Assembly: GCA_048886185.1 (NCBI GenBank)
Contig: JBHLKY010000016.1
Location: 88,560 to 120,559, forward strand
Source of the DNA: Candidatus Hermodarchaeota archaeon
Lineage (GTDB): Archaea > Asgardarchaeota > Heimdallarchaeia > Hodarchaeales > Hodarchaeaceae
DNA: 32,000 nt
Reading direction: 5' to 3'
Shown: positions 8,497 through 18,735 of the stretch, one piece after another
Layout of the letters: each line of letters begins with the position of its first letter
Position numbering within the stretch: position 1 is the first letter of the stretch
The notes under the pieces: generated by a model
Told to the model about the DNA's origin: nothing
Seen by the model: only the letters and a program-made list of their open reading frames with translations
Databases searched by the model: none
Program-made: the position numbers and the translations under genes

Positions 8497-9222
8497 ATGC
8501 GATCTGAAAAATCAGTCTCAAAATTCGTACGAGAAATACTTGAGCAAGATCCTTCACTAGTACATGAACTGCAGCAAAGGAAGACTGCTCAGCGAGAAAT
8601 CGCGAAAAGAATAAAATCACAGCTAGTAGAAGAAGGAAATTTTGTTTCAAAGGATCCTGTGAAATTAGAGGGGAATGTAGCTGTTGCAATAACTCGCTAT
8701 CTCAAGAGACTTCGCATACAGCAAGAAGAGCTACTAGGGGTTAAATTAGTTCAAGATGTTCTGAAAAAAGGAACCACAGAAGTCACAGATGGATTAAAAC
8801 ATTATAAAATACGTTTTCATGAAGACACTGATGTAAATGAAGTTATTGGGATACTGGTTGAACAACTAGAACGTGATGATATCTGTTCTGTGTTCCTCAA
8901 CCGTTATAGCAGTGAGTTATATGTTAAGAAAATGGCTGAAAAGACTTTTCTAACTGAAACGCAAAGAATTAGTAATGTGGATACTCTCAAGCTTCAAGAT
9001 TCTCTTAGCTTACTCAAGCTAATGTTGCCTACCCATGCTCAAGAGGTTCCTGGTATTTTGGCTCATATATCCTCCCTACTCGCCGATCAAGCCATTTCTA
9101 TTTATGATACAATGGTTCAACATACTGATCATTTGATCATAATTTTCGTAATAAACGAGCAACATGCTTCGAAAGCACGGGATATTCTGCTAAAATTGAA
9201 TAACGAAACCTTAAAGAACTAA
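8497..9222 (+). CDS. ACT-domain protein (helical N-terminus plus C-terminal ACT fold)
   Basis: The C-terminal PGILAHISSLLADQAISIYDT...IFVINEQHASKARDIL is a typical ACT signature. The N-terminus resembles archaeal ACT-containing hypothetical proteins. Confidence 0.7.
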   Translation: MRSEKSVSKFVREILEQDPSLVHELQQRKTAQREIAKRIKSQLVEEGNFVSKDPVKLEGNVAVAITRYLKRLRIQQEELLGVKLVQDVLKKGTTEVTDGLKHYKIRFHEDTDVNEVIGILVEQLERDDICSVFLNRYSSELYVKKMAEKTFLTETQRISNVDTLKLQDSLSLLKLMLPTHAQEVPGILAHISSLLADQAISIYDTMVQHTDHLIIIFVINEQHASKARDILLKLNNETLKN

Positions 9223-9231
9223 GGGTTTAAT

Positions 9232-9879
9232 ATGAAAATCATCCTGCTTGGCCCACCTGGTTCAGGAAAAGGAACACAGGCAAAACTCATAATGAAAGAA
9301 TATAATATTCCACAAATTAGCACAGGTGATTTATTAAGAGCTGCAATTAGCGAGAAAACACAATTAGGTCTAGAAGCAGAAAAATTTATGAATACTGGGA
9401 AACTAGTACCTGACAATTTGGTTCTACAGCTTCTAGAAGTGAGAATTAATGAAAATGATTGTATAAATGGATTCATTTTGGATGGATATCCTAGAAATCT
9501 AGCTCAAGCTCAAGATCTCCAAAAGATAACTAATATTGATCTAGTTATAAATATAAAAGTTGATTATAATATCTTAATAGAACGAATATGTGGCCGACGA
9601 ACGTGTAAACAATGTGGTGCTATTTATCATATAAAATACAGTCCACCTAAGGAAAGAGGGGTATGCGACCAGTGTTCTGGATTATTGTTTCAAAGAGATG
9701 ATGATAGAAAAGATATAGTAAAAAAGAGGATTAAGACTTATGAACAAGAAACAAAACCTCTCATTGAATTTTATCAACAACACGAAGTTTTAACGACCTT
9801 AACAAGTGATGGAACAATTAATGAAATGTACAAAAAGATTTCCTCACTTTTAGCTACAAGATTCTATCTGAAAGAATAA
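9232..9879 (+). CDS. adk: Adenylate kinase, long (bacterial-type) form with Zn-binding LID
   Basis: Has GPPGSGKGTQA, ISTGDLLR, GKLVPD, LDGYPR, LID CKQC...CDQC and QRDDD. Confidence 0.97.
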   Translation: MKIILLGPPGSGKGTQAKLIMKEYNIPQISTGDLLRAAISEKTQLGLEAEKFMNTGKLVPDNLVLQLLEVRINENDCINGFILDGYPRNLAQAQDLQKITNIDLVINIKVDYNILIERICGRRTCKQCGAIYHIKYSPPKERGVCDQCSGLLFQRDDDRKDIVKKRIKTYEQETKPLIEFYQQHEVLTTLTSDGTINEMYKKISSLLATRFYLKE

Positions 9880-9949
9880 TATACGATTATCACGTATGAA
9901 TCATGTTCATATCTTACGTATGTAAATTTAATTAGATAAGATCTTTCTA

Positions 9950-11881
9950 CTAAAAGAGTTGTCCAATTTGAGTAATTAACTTTACCATCACTGAAATATT
10001 TGCATCTCGGGGATTACCACTGAGCAAAAAAATGAATTTCTCTCCCTTGTCAGTATTTGATTGGAGTAAGAATGAACATATTTCGGCATCTGCGGGATTT
10101 TCTGCAAAAAAAATTAATTTTCGTGTTTTTCTGATTAAACCTTTTGTAGCAATGATGTCCGGTTCTGAGCCTCTTTGTGTGAGATTTGTGAAATTGAGTT
10201 CAACTGCCCACCCAGCCCTTTGTAAACGACTTACAACATCTGAGCGAATATTCTTATCCTGTGAAACAGTCGGACTTGGAAAACTACTAACTTCAGGTGT
10301 TTCTCTAACAGATTGGGTTATTGGTTCATCGGCGGTAGAAAATTCAATTCCTGTGGGATCTTGTGAAGAGAAGTATTGCTCAGAAGGTTCAGGGGAGGCT
10401 TGATGTGCTCTAAATAGCCTCTCTAAAGCTACTACCTTTTCTTGATTATGTTGAAGTGTTGTTTCTGAGAGTGTTGTTATTCCTCCTCTTTCTTCCAACT
10501 CGTCAACTAGTACACTATCTTGTGTGTTTATTGACAAGATGTCTTGATCAGTTGTGATTATTGGTGCCTCTTCTGACGTTTCAAATAATTCTTGAAGTGC
10601 TTCAACTGATGGCTGTTTCATTCTGGTTGACGCTGAAGGAGGAGCTATAATATCTAATCTTGGTACCTGCAAGCTTTTAAGGGTGTTCTGCGATGAAGTA
10701 ATTTCCTGAGTTGATGTTGCTTCTGGGATCAAGTCATCAATGGGGAGATCTAGGTCTTTCCGTGTAAAATGAAGATCTGCATGTAACTGCCCCCTTTCAC
10801 GGGAAATATTTAACATTTCTCGTATCTCTTGGATTTTTTGACTTATTTGAGGATTTATGTCATGTAATTGTAGTTCCGAAACTTGTTGAATGTAAAAATC
10901 GGCTTTACTATAGTGCTCTCCTTCCAATGCATGAATTATCAAAAGGAAAATTGCCTTAATGAAATATTCTTTGTTTTTTTCATCAACTTTGAATCGAATG
11001 ATTTTTTCAAGAACCTTATTTCTCTGCCAATCTTTACCCAGTTTCTCTAATATCATAGCTTTTTCATAAAGAGATTTAATTATAAACAAGGAATCCTCTG
11101 TAAATGTAAATTTATCATTGCAAAGGTCTAGATAGGCTAGTGCTTTTTCTAAATATCCCTTCTGAATAAATTCCGAAGCAATTTCATATGACACCAAACC
11201 TTGAAAATATGCAATATCTTGTTGACTCTTATTGTCTCCAAGAATTCCTGCCTTATCAAAAGCTGTTTGCAGAATATCAAGTGCATATTCTTTCATTTTT
11301 TCCTGATAGTAAAGGTATGCTGAATTTCGATAAAGGTCAATTGCCATTTGAGGTTCATCCTCTAGATCAGCAGCTATTCTATACAATTTAGCAGAAGAGA
11401 CATTATTTCCTATTTTACTGTAAGAAAATCCTAAATTGCGAGCCACTATCGAAATAGCTTCTAAATCAACTTCTACTGACTTACTTTTAACTGTTGAAAG
11501 TGCATTTTTTAGCAATATTATTGAACATTCATATAGCTCGATTTTCTGAAAGGATATACCAAGGGCTAGGAGTAATTGGGCAAAAATCAACGGTTTCGTA
11601 GGATTTTCTGGAAAAAATTCAGTTGCCTTATTAATATTTTCAAGTGCTAGTGCTTTAATCCCGTTTTTTCCAAAAGCTAATGCCAGATATGCATAAGAAA
11701 TACCAATGATGCTGTTTAATGCAGGTGAAACCTCACATGCAATCTTTATAGCTCTTTCAAAAGAATTAATGGCAATTGCAAGATCATTTTTGGAAAGAGC
11801 TTCTTTTCCTTGCTTTAAAATCCCACTAAGCTCTTCTCTAATCTCTATCATGTTTTTCAATTCTCTATTAGTGTTACTCAA
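9950..11881 (-). CDS. TPR-like helical protein with an acidic disordered linker and a C-terminal restriction-endonuclease-fold-like domain
   Basis: About 370 aa of A/Y/L-patterned helical repeats, then a T/S/E/P-rich linker, then RLQRAGWAVE...GSEPDIIATK resembling the PD-(D/E)xK first motif. TTG start. Confidence 0.6.
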   Translation of the reverse strand: MSNTNRELKNMIEIREELSGILKQGKEALSKNDLAIAINSFERAIKIACEVSPALNSIIGISYAYLALAFGKNGIKALALENINKATEFFPENPTKPLIFAQLLLALGISFQKIELYECSIILLKNALSTVKSKSVEVDLEAISIVARNLGFSYSKIGNNVSSAKLYRIAADLEDEPQMAIDLYRNSAYLYYQEKMKEYALDILQTAFDKAGILGDNKSQQDIAYFQGLVSYEIASEFIQKGYLEKALAYLDLCNDKFTFTEDSLFIIKSLYEKAMILEKLGKDWQRNKVLEKIIRFKVDEKNKEYFIKAIFLLIIHALEGEHYSKADFYIQQVSELQLHDINPQISQKIQEIREMLNISRERGQLHADLHFTRKDLDLPIDDLIPEATSTQEITSSQNTLKSLQVPRLDIIAPPSASTRMKQPSVEALQELFETSEEAPIITTDQDILSINTQDSVLVDELEERGGITTLSETTLQHNQEKVVALERLFRAHQASPEPSEQYFSSQDPTGIEFSTADEPITQSVRETPEVSSFPSPTVSQDKNIRSDVVSRLQRAGWAVELNFTNLTQRGSEPDIIATKGLIRKTRKLIFFAENPADAEICSFLLQSNTDKGEKFIFLLSGNPRDANISVMVKLITQIGQLF

Positions 11882-12038
11882 CTTAAGTTTAACTGATCCA
11901 TGTTTGATGAAAACAAACTTAAAAAAACAAAGACAAACACCTCCATTTAGACCTTTATAAGGAGTATTATGGCTGAATCTTCCCCTATGGAGAAATCTTT
12001 TCAGTGATTCGTGAAATAATCCGAAATATCAGAGTACG

Positions 12039-14930
12039 GTGGAACTGATGAATTTTTTTCGATATATATTGCCTTTGAGCTTTATTATGCTACTTTTTAT
12101 GAATCTTAGCACTATTTTTGTATTAACAAACATTTCTTCTAAGGAAATGGTAAATCTCTTCTTGCAGGAAGAGGACAATTCGAGTTTAACATCCTTAAAT
12201 CAAGCTCCTCAATCAAAAATTGGCTCTGAAATAACTTCAGGAAGAACTACTCTCACAACAGACAAAGATAGTTATACTCCTGGTGAATGGGTAGAAGTTG
12301 TAGCAAAGAGTAATACTGATGAGATGAATGGATCTCTTGAATGGCAATTGGAGTCACCTATCAGTGAGGTTGCATTCGACTTCCATAGTGAATTTCTAGA
12401 TATTTTTGAAGATCCCTCTTTTAATAATCCCGTGATTCCAGATTGGATAAATGAAAGTTTCTATGCCGTTGAAGCAACTTCTGGTTACTTGAACCTAACT
12501 GAGGTCAGAGATGACGATATAAATGATGCTGAGGCCTATTATAATACTTCTTACAGCTTAGAGTCCAACTCTAGGTATAAGATTTCTTTTGATTATTTTT
12601 CTGCTAGCCAAAACCTCCTTCAAAATCCTGGGTTCGAAGGAGGAAATACTGATGGATGGGTGTTCAATAGTTCATATGTTATACCAGTTGAAGATCCTGA
12701 TAATGCCTCTGCAGGAAACTATTATGTTAATATCAATGGGACTGAAGGATTTTTACTGAATCAGACTGTAGATTTCGTAGGAGGAGGTCGTGAGATCGTT
12801 TTAGTGGTTAAAGCTACTGGAAATACAGATAATAACTTTTGGGATCTTAGACTTGAGGCCTATAATTCCACGGGTCATAGGGTTGGTTCGAAAGTTTCAT
12901 CTGATTCACGAGGAATCACTCCCGACGACAAAGGATATATCACTCTGATTATGACTTGGGTAACTCCTGATAATACTACTCAACTGCGTTTTTCATTCCG
13001 AGGCCGTAGTACTGAAGGTGATATCTTTTATACTGGGTGGTTGGACGATTGTTACCTTTATGAAGTTCCACCTTCATTAATATTTTCGTATTGGAGTAAA
13101 GAGGGAGACAATCTAAGATGGACAAATGAAACTCTTGTTACAGAACCTCATAAATGGGAAAACGCGTCATTTGAGGTTGATATGTGGGTCAATAATTCAA
13201 AAACGTTTAGATTTATATTACCTGATATAAACTCTTTTTCAAACAATGCAACAACTTATTGGTTAATAGATAACATTGCAGTTAATAATGTGACTGTTTC
13301 TACCAAGGTAATGGGACCAATAACAAACATTAAAGATAATTTTAGCGGACATATCAATGCTACTTGGTTCCATAGGGGCTTTAGGGAGGATCTGTCAAGT
13401 TCTTATGATATCGAAGTTGAAACACCTGAAAATGCTACCACTCCTTCTGAATGTCAGGCCACTATTCGAGTTCAATTACCAAGTCATCAAGTGTATTTCG
13501 GTTCGTGGATTTTTGTGTTCCAGATTCATCAAATTGATGATGATGGCATTTATCTTGACACCAAAGCTATCAACATCTCATTCATTGTTCAAGAACCTAT
13601 GAACTATGTTGTACAGGATCTATATATGCTCCGTGGATCAACTAATAAGACTATTAATGAGAATGATTCAATTCTTATTGAATATTTTGCACAGGAAACT
13701 AATATCCAAGCGATCTCTCCAGGTGATAATGTTACAGTACTAGGATTCCTTGAAGCCAATTCGACTAATAGTGAATGGTACAGTCTGGATTTTTTGCAGA
13801 TTGGTTCCGCATCAGTTGAATATCTTTGGAATAGCCCTTGGAAATCTCATGAGAACATTTCGTGGTCAGAATTTGGTTTTATCTCCTATGATAAGGAGGG
13901 AGAGTCAATTTTGGATGGGAATTTTTCCTCCCCACTTAATAATGTCAGCACTCTTGGATTTAATTTCAGGATACCTAATAGAGGAATCATAGGTAATTTA
14001 TCTGCAAATCTTACAATTAAGCTAATAGGAACCAATCTAAAGGAAAATGGCGTGGGTGGAGCCTCCTTGGACATAATAATTCCATTAAATCTTCCTCCAG
14101 TCAAATTTAAAATCAATATTATCGAAGAAAATTTACCCAAAGATAGTTATTACATAACTGATTATTTAGGTGGAAATTTAACTTTACTATTCTTAAATTT
14201 TAATGATAGTCTTGAAATTGCTTTTCCAAATCGCACGATCTCATCAAACATTTCTATTCCGATGAAAGATTTAGAACTTACAATATTTCTAGATAATCTA
14301 AATCAAACACCTTTAGAGACAGATATTTCTCAAGAATTTCATTATCATTATATTGGGAAAACAGTTCTCTGGTTAGATTCTGTGGATCCTAGTTTAATGG
14401 CTGGAACATATGCGTTTAGGATTCGTTGGAATGCAGCTTACAAATTAGGGATTCAAGATCAGGAAGAATTAATATCAGCTCATTTCATAAAGATTAAAGG
14501 ATCCCCTGTTGTCATTCCCGCAGAAGATTACGTTGAGATCCAACAAGGCGGACAAAAAACAATTAACTTCTCCGTTCGTCTCGAAAATGCCACAGGAAAG
14601 AGAATTAGGGGACTGGCCCTCTTTGGTAATGTTATAGGGAATGAATCACCTGGAAATATTGTAGTTTATGAAGATAAAGGCGTATATAAAATCGATTTAG
14701 ATATAGAGCTTGATGCGGTAGTAAATACCTATACTATTGAAATTTTCATTGTTAGCCGAGCTGATTTCATTGGAGAGCTAAGTTACCAGGTAATAGAACG
14801 TCCAATAGATTCCGAAGATGAGCCTTCTTTTATAGATTTAGTTATTGGTATTGGAGGATTTCTATTTTTCATTATTGCGGCCATAGGAGTCGTTGGGGTA
14901 ATGTTTTGGGCAAATAAATTTTTGAAATAG
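12039..14930 (+). CDS. Large secreted, C-terminally anchored surface glycoprotein with CBM4/9-like beta-sandwich domains
   Basis: N-terminal hydrophobic segment, NLLQNPGFEGG...W and WLDD motifs, many N-x-S/T sequons, C-terminal TM (LVIGIGGFLFFIIAAIGVVGVMFW) and a short basic tail. Confidence 0.8.
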   Translation: MELMNFFRYILPLSFIMLLFMNLSTIFVLTNISSKEMVNLFLQEEDNSSLTSLNQAPQSKIGSEITSGRTTLTTDKDSYTPGEWVEVVAKSNTDEMNGSLEWQLESPISEVAFDFHSEFLDIFEDPSFNNPVIPDWINESFYAVEATSGYLNLTEVRDDDINDAEAYYNTSYSLESNSRYKISFDYFSASQNLLQNPGFEGGNTDGWVFNSSYVIPVEDPDNASAGNYYVNINGTEGFLLNQTVDFVGGGREIVLVVKATGNTDNNFWDLRLEAYNSTGHRVGSKVSSDSRGITPDDKGYITLIMTWVTPDNTTQLRFSFRGRSTEGDIFYTGWLDDCYLYEVPPSLIFSYWSKEGDNLRWTNETLVTEPHKWENASFEVDMWVNNSKTFRFILPDINSFSNNATTYWLIDNIAVNNVTVSTKVMGPITNIKDNFSGHINATWFHRGFREDLSSSYDIEVETPENATTPSECQATIRVQLPSHQVYFGSWIFVFQIHQIDDDGIYLDTKAINISFIVQEPMNYVVQDLYMLRGSTNKTINENDSILIEYFAQETNIQAISPGDNVTVLGFLEANSTNSEWYSLDFLQIGSASVEYLWNSPWKSHENISWSEFGFISYDKEGESILDGNFSSPLNNVSTLGFNFRIPNRGIIGNLSANLTIKLIGTNLKENGVGGASLDIIIPLNLPPVKFKINIIEENLPKDSYYITDYLGGNLTLLFLNFNDSLEIAFPNRTISSNISIPMKDLELTIFLDNLNQTPLETDISQEFHYHYIGKTVLWLDSVDPSLMAGTYAFRIRWNAAYKLGIQDQEELISAHFIKIKGSPVVIPAEDYVEIQQGGQKTINFSVRLENATGKRIRGLALFGNVIGNESPGNIVVYEDKGVYKIDLDIELDAVVNTYTIEIFIVSRADFIGELSYQVIERPIDSEDEPSFIDLVIGIGGFLFFIIAAIGVVGVMFWANKFLK

Positions 14931-15004
14931 ATTAATTGATGTTTTACAGAGTATCCTGTATACTGAAGATAGAGTTGATAATCTAACATTAAAGATGTTT
15001 CGTG

Positions 15005-16030
15005 CTAAATGATCTCTGTATATAGGTTTGCTAGCTTTTCTACTGATTTATTGATGTCGTGATCTTTTACTGCGGCTTCACCATTAGCTTGTAGACTTTT
15101 CATTAAATCTTGATCCAAAGCTAGACGTTTGATTTGTCTTGAAAAATCCTCAACGGTTTTTCCTTTTAGACAATTTATTTCAGATGTTAACCAACTAAAT
15201 ACAGGGTGATCTCGAACGATAGGTACTTTTCCATAAGCAATACTTTCAAGAAGAGCGATTCCTTGATTCTCTTCTCTACTAACATATAAGAAGACATCAG
15301 CTGCATTCCAAAGAGCTTCTAGAGTCATTCGTGACACATACCCAGTAAAATGTACATTTGAAGCACTTCTGGCAAGATTTAACTTTTCACGAAGGAACGT
15401 GGAGTGAGCTATTGTACCCAAAGGCAAATATTTCCCTACCCAGAAAAATTGGTGTTCTGGTGTTGAAAGAGCTACTTCAGTAAAAATATCCGGGGCTTTA
15501 CGATAAATACATAGTCCAACCGTGATTACAATAAGTTGTTTTTCGGATATCCCTAAACTTTGACGTGCTTTAACTCTTAGAGACGAATTTTTTCTGTTTT
15601 TTGTGATATCAATTCCATTAGAAATTACTCGAATTTTGGATGGATCATACCCATATCGCTCTAAAATATCACGATTATAATCACTAACAGCAATGAGATA
15701 ATCGGCATAGGAATAAAATTTCCGTAAATATGGAATAAGAGCAAAATCAATTCGATTTGAAAAAAGGAAACTGTTACGAAAATCTTCAATAGTTGTGTGA
15801 CCAGTCATTAAGATACGATAATTCCCCTTATTTCTTTTGAGGATGCTTGCTTTCCATAAAGATTGAGGAAGAGATGTTTGAAAGTGATAGATATCATATG
15901 GGTGGTTTTTTCCATTCACATCTGTTGTAATTCCATATTCTTTTAATTTCTCTGCCAGTCTGGTAGCAGAGCTATACACCCCGCTACCTACAAGGCTTCT
16001 CTCTAAATCAAGAATGAAATTAACTTTCAT
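15005..16030 (-). CDS. GT4 glycosyltransferase, diglucosyl-lipid (DGlcDAG) synthase-like
   Basis: GHTTIEDFRNSFLFSN matches the remembered H-[ST]-T-x-EDFRNSF-x-x-SN motif of DGlcDAG synthases. Also ISNGID and the E-x7-E motif ENQGIALLE. Confidence 0.8.
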   Translation of the reverse strand: MKVNFILDLERSLVGSGVYSSATRLAEKLKEYGITTDVNGKNHPYDIYHFQTSLPQSLWKASILKRNKGNYRILMTGHTTIEDFRNSFLFSNRIDFALIPYLRKFYSYADYLIAVSDYNRDILERYGYDPSKIRVISNGIDITKNRKNSSLRVKARQSLGISEKQLIVITVGLCIYRKAPDIFTEVALSTPEHQFFWVGKYLPLGTIAHSTFLREKLNLARSASNVHFTGYVSRMTLEALWNAADVFLYVSREENQGIALLESIAYGKVPIVRDHPVFSWLTSEINCLKGKTVEDFSRQIKRLALDQDLMKSLQANGEAAVKDHDINKSVEKLANLYTEII

Positions 16031-16150
16031 CTAAGTCAACACACACCTTCTTAGATTTGGAATAAACTCATCGGAAAATATTATTTCTTTTTTTGTTTTT
16101 TTCTATTTAAAGAAACAGAAGAGTTTTTACTTGATACAGAGCTAATTAGT

Positions 16151-16666
16151 TTGAATCTAATTGATGAGAAAATAAAAATGTTCAATGTTCCTACAATCTA
16201 TCTTTCAAATGATCCACTCATTATCTTACGACAAGCTAAGCCAACAGATCTCGATTTTATAAAGGAAGTTTCTCATTCAGAAATGGATAAAGTTGTACCT
16301 CAATCTTGGAATTGGGATAGTTGGTTTAACGATTTGAATAAGTTCATTAATGGAAATTACAGTCATAAAGTTTTCATAATAGAAGTAGAAGCAGCTTCCG
16401 CTGGATATATCTGGTTGAATGAAGAGTTGAACTCACTTTGGCTGACGGCAATTGTTCTTTCCTCTCCTTATCAACGGCAGCGTGTTGGGGAAAAAATCAT
16501 GAATTACTTGAGTGAAGAGACACGTAAAGAGGGAAAGAAATCTATTGAATTGGGAGTCCAACATGATAATGCAAAAGCCCTTCGATTTTATACTAAACTA
16601 GGTTTTGTGAAATTTGATCATATAAAGTCAGTAAATACAGATTTATTCAGATTAGACTTAAAGTAA
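16151..16666 (+). CDS. GNAT N-acetyltransferase
   Basis: LRQAKPTD start, motif A YQRQRVGEKIM and motif B NAKALRFYTKLGF. An alternative ATG start is at 16178. Confidence 0.9.
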   Translation: MNLIDEKIKMFNVPTIYLSNDPLIILRQAKPTDLDFIKEVSHSEMDKVVPQSWNWDSWFNDLNKFINGNYSHKVFIIEVEAASAGYIWLNEELNSLWLTAIVLSSPYQRQRVGEKIMNYLSEETRKEGKKSIELGVQHDNAKALRFYTKLGFVKFDHIKSVNTDLFRLDLK

Positions 16667-16697
16667 ATAACTGTACGGGATTGTAAGGAGGATTTAA

Positions 16698-17033
16698 CTA
16701 AAGAAGGACGTTGCAAATGGTTTTATCAGTAATAACGTCTTCTATAATAATCGTAGGGCCTGTTTCCAAGTAAATTGTAAGTATTGGAAGGCCATCTGCA
16801 GTTTCCAAATTCACTCGATTGATATTTTTTGACCTCAGGAGTTCTGTTGCTTTGAAAACTATTTCCTCTAAGCTATTACCCTCAATGTCGAACTGCCGAT
16901 ACCCTTGGTTAAATGGAGTAGCCACATAGAATTTATTAGATTTGTAACGTGGCACATTTTCAACAGTGGCAAAAATATTACGTAAACTATATTTTAACAG
17001 ATTAGCTTGGTCTTCAGTCCAAACATCAGCCAT
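16698..17033 (-). CDS. Hypothetical protein (111 aa)
   Basis: ATG-started ORF filling the gap between genes, with globular alpha/beta-like composition and no recognised motif. Confidence 0.7.
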   Translation of the reverse strand: MADVWTEDQANLLKYSLRNIFATVENVPRYKSNKFYVATPFNQGYRQFDIEGNSLEEIVFKATELLRSKNINRVNLETADGLPILTIYLETGPTIIIEDVITDKTICNVLL

Positions 17034-17114
17034 TCATATTCACAACAAAAATTCTTTGAACTCTTTGTAATTATTCTTTGTAATGAATATAAATCTATCC
17101 AATAATGTGATTGG

Positions 17115-17918
17115 TTATTTGAGGATTAGTGGTGCCCCTATAAATGCGAAATCCTTGGAAATAATTGAAATTTCCCGACGTAATCCATCAAGGTAAATTT
17201 CATTGGACCACTTTTCCGGAAACACCTCTAGTAGATTGGGTCGAATTTTCCTTACACCAGGGATTGTTTCTTCATAGGATTTATTAGTAGATTCCAGTGA
17301 AATTTCATTAGCTATTTCACCATCAGCAAATTCTGATATAAGTACTCTCATAGGAGCAGTAGGGGAATCAAATTCCTCATATCTTTCTGTGGTTTTCTTT
17401 AGCATAACCAATGGCTCCTTGAAGGGGAAAACGAGTTGTGTGAGGATTATTCCTCTCCCAAACGCTTGTCGTGTGTATCCAGATGATTCTTCTTCTGTTC
17501 TAAGAGCGGTGAAAGAGAATTCTTGTAAATAGTCACTCAGAATCATGAAATCGTATGGTGGTGGGAAAACAAATGGCTCTGTATTGAAGTGATTGTCAAG
17601 CCATTTATTCTCGGGAATGAGTATACCAGTAATATATCGTGTATCTGTTGTTATTGTATTTTTGTAAACAGAAAATTTTGTCCAATAGACTCCTGCTCCA
17701 TAAAGCAGTATATGGGACTTAGAATTATAGATTAATCGTGAAAAATCAACTGGTACAAAAATCACACTTGCATTGTTAATGGATCCTACAGCTTGATTCT
17801 TATAATACCAATTTGTTGGTCGTCCTGCTTCAGCAAAAGAAATCCAATCAGAAATCACTATTAATGATTTCAAACGACCTAAAGTGTGTTTTGTTAAGCC
17901 TAAGGGTCTCTTTCTCAT
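17115..17918 (-). CDS. Hypothetical protein (267 aa)
   Basis: Long ORF with no competing ORF, aromatic- and beta-rich, no recognised motif. Confidence 0.8.
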   Translation of the reverse strand: MRKRPLGLTKHTLGRLKSLIVISDWISFAEAGRPTNWYYKNQAVGSINNASVIFVPVDFSRLIYNSKSHILLYGAGVYWTKFSVYKNTITTDTRYITGILIPENKWLDNHFNTEPFVFPPPYDFMILSDYLQEFSFTALRTEEESSGYTRQAFGRGIILTQLVFPFKEPLVMLKKTTERYEEFDSPTAPMRVLISEFADGEIANEISLESTNKSYEETIPGVRKIRPNLLEVFPEKWSNEIYLDGLRREISIISKDFAFIGAPLILK

Positions 17919-18155
17919 TTAACCAAGCCTCTACAACAACAGAGTAATATGAAAAAGCTGAGTAGTATCAGTTTATAATCATTATTATTATCATTTATAG
18001 AAGTCTTCAAATATATTTATTTATTAAATATTTGACTCATATTCTTCTCTAGTATGTCCGATCCTTTCATAATCTACCCATTAACCCACATTTATCCAGA
18101 GGGGCCGCAAATACTGCAGAGTTGATAAAAAAAAGATCTGGGAAAGCTTAAGACA

Positions 18156-18599
18156 TTAAACCCCTTGAATAATTGGTGTTGAGAACAATTGAGTTGTTAT
18201 AATGTTGAATACATAAATCAGGAAAAGAGTTATGACCCCAATCCAAATACTAGCATTCCATTTTTCTATCTCACCACGTTCTGGAATTAATACGTATTTA
18301 ATTAGGAATACTATGGCGAGATAGACTAGGACTGGTATAAGCTGCGCTGCTGCTCCTGAAAAAATATCAGTAGGATCTAGTTGGCCTATGGCACCAATAA
18401 TCGCCCCAATTACTACTGCTACAAGTAATACGATCACTAAAGCAACTAGTAATAAGCGAATAATATATCCTGTGTCGGTCTCCTTTTTACCAACAATTAA
18501 TCTAGTTCCAATATATAGAATGATAGCAACTAGGATAATTGCTATAATCAAAAGAATTAAAGTTGTTATTTCATCACCATTTATTTGTTGTAAAGCCAT
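18156..18599 (-). CDS. Integral membrane protein with about 4 TM helices
   Basis: Four hydrophobic stretches. The ATG at 18599 is preferred over the track's GTG at 18608 because a GGTGA SD-like motif lies just upstream of it. Confidence 0.85.
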   Translation of the reverse strand: MALQQINGDEITTLILLIIAIILVAIILYIGTRLIVGKKETDTGYIIRLLLVALVIVLLVAVVIGAIIGAIGQLDPTDIFSGAAAQLIPVLVYLAIVFLIKYVLIPERGEIEKWNASIWIGVITLFLIYVFNIITTQLFSTPIIQGV

Positions 18600-18735
18600 G
18601 AATATCACCTTCAGTAATACAGATATGTAAAGAGTATTTTCCCAAAGAAAGATAAAAACCTAATTGTTCGATTTGATATTTTTCTATTTCAGATGGAGTG
18701 AGAGAGCTTCTCTTGGTTTAGAGAGAATAGGAAAA

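Noticed and set aside
9219-9476. 85-aa ORF antisense to the adk 5' half
   Set aside because: It mirrors the conserved adk codons, a common antisense artefact, with no independent support.
9892-9925. TATGAA/TTCATA hairpin and repeated ACGTATG between convergent adk and TPR genes
   Set aside because: A 6-bp AT-rich stem with no clear T-tract; a weak terminator candidate and likely chance.
18006-18036. TCAAATAT...ATATTTGA inverted repeat in an intergenic region
   Set aside because: Very AT-rich single instance, not distinguishable from background.
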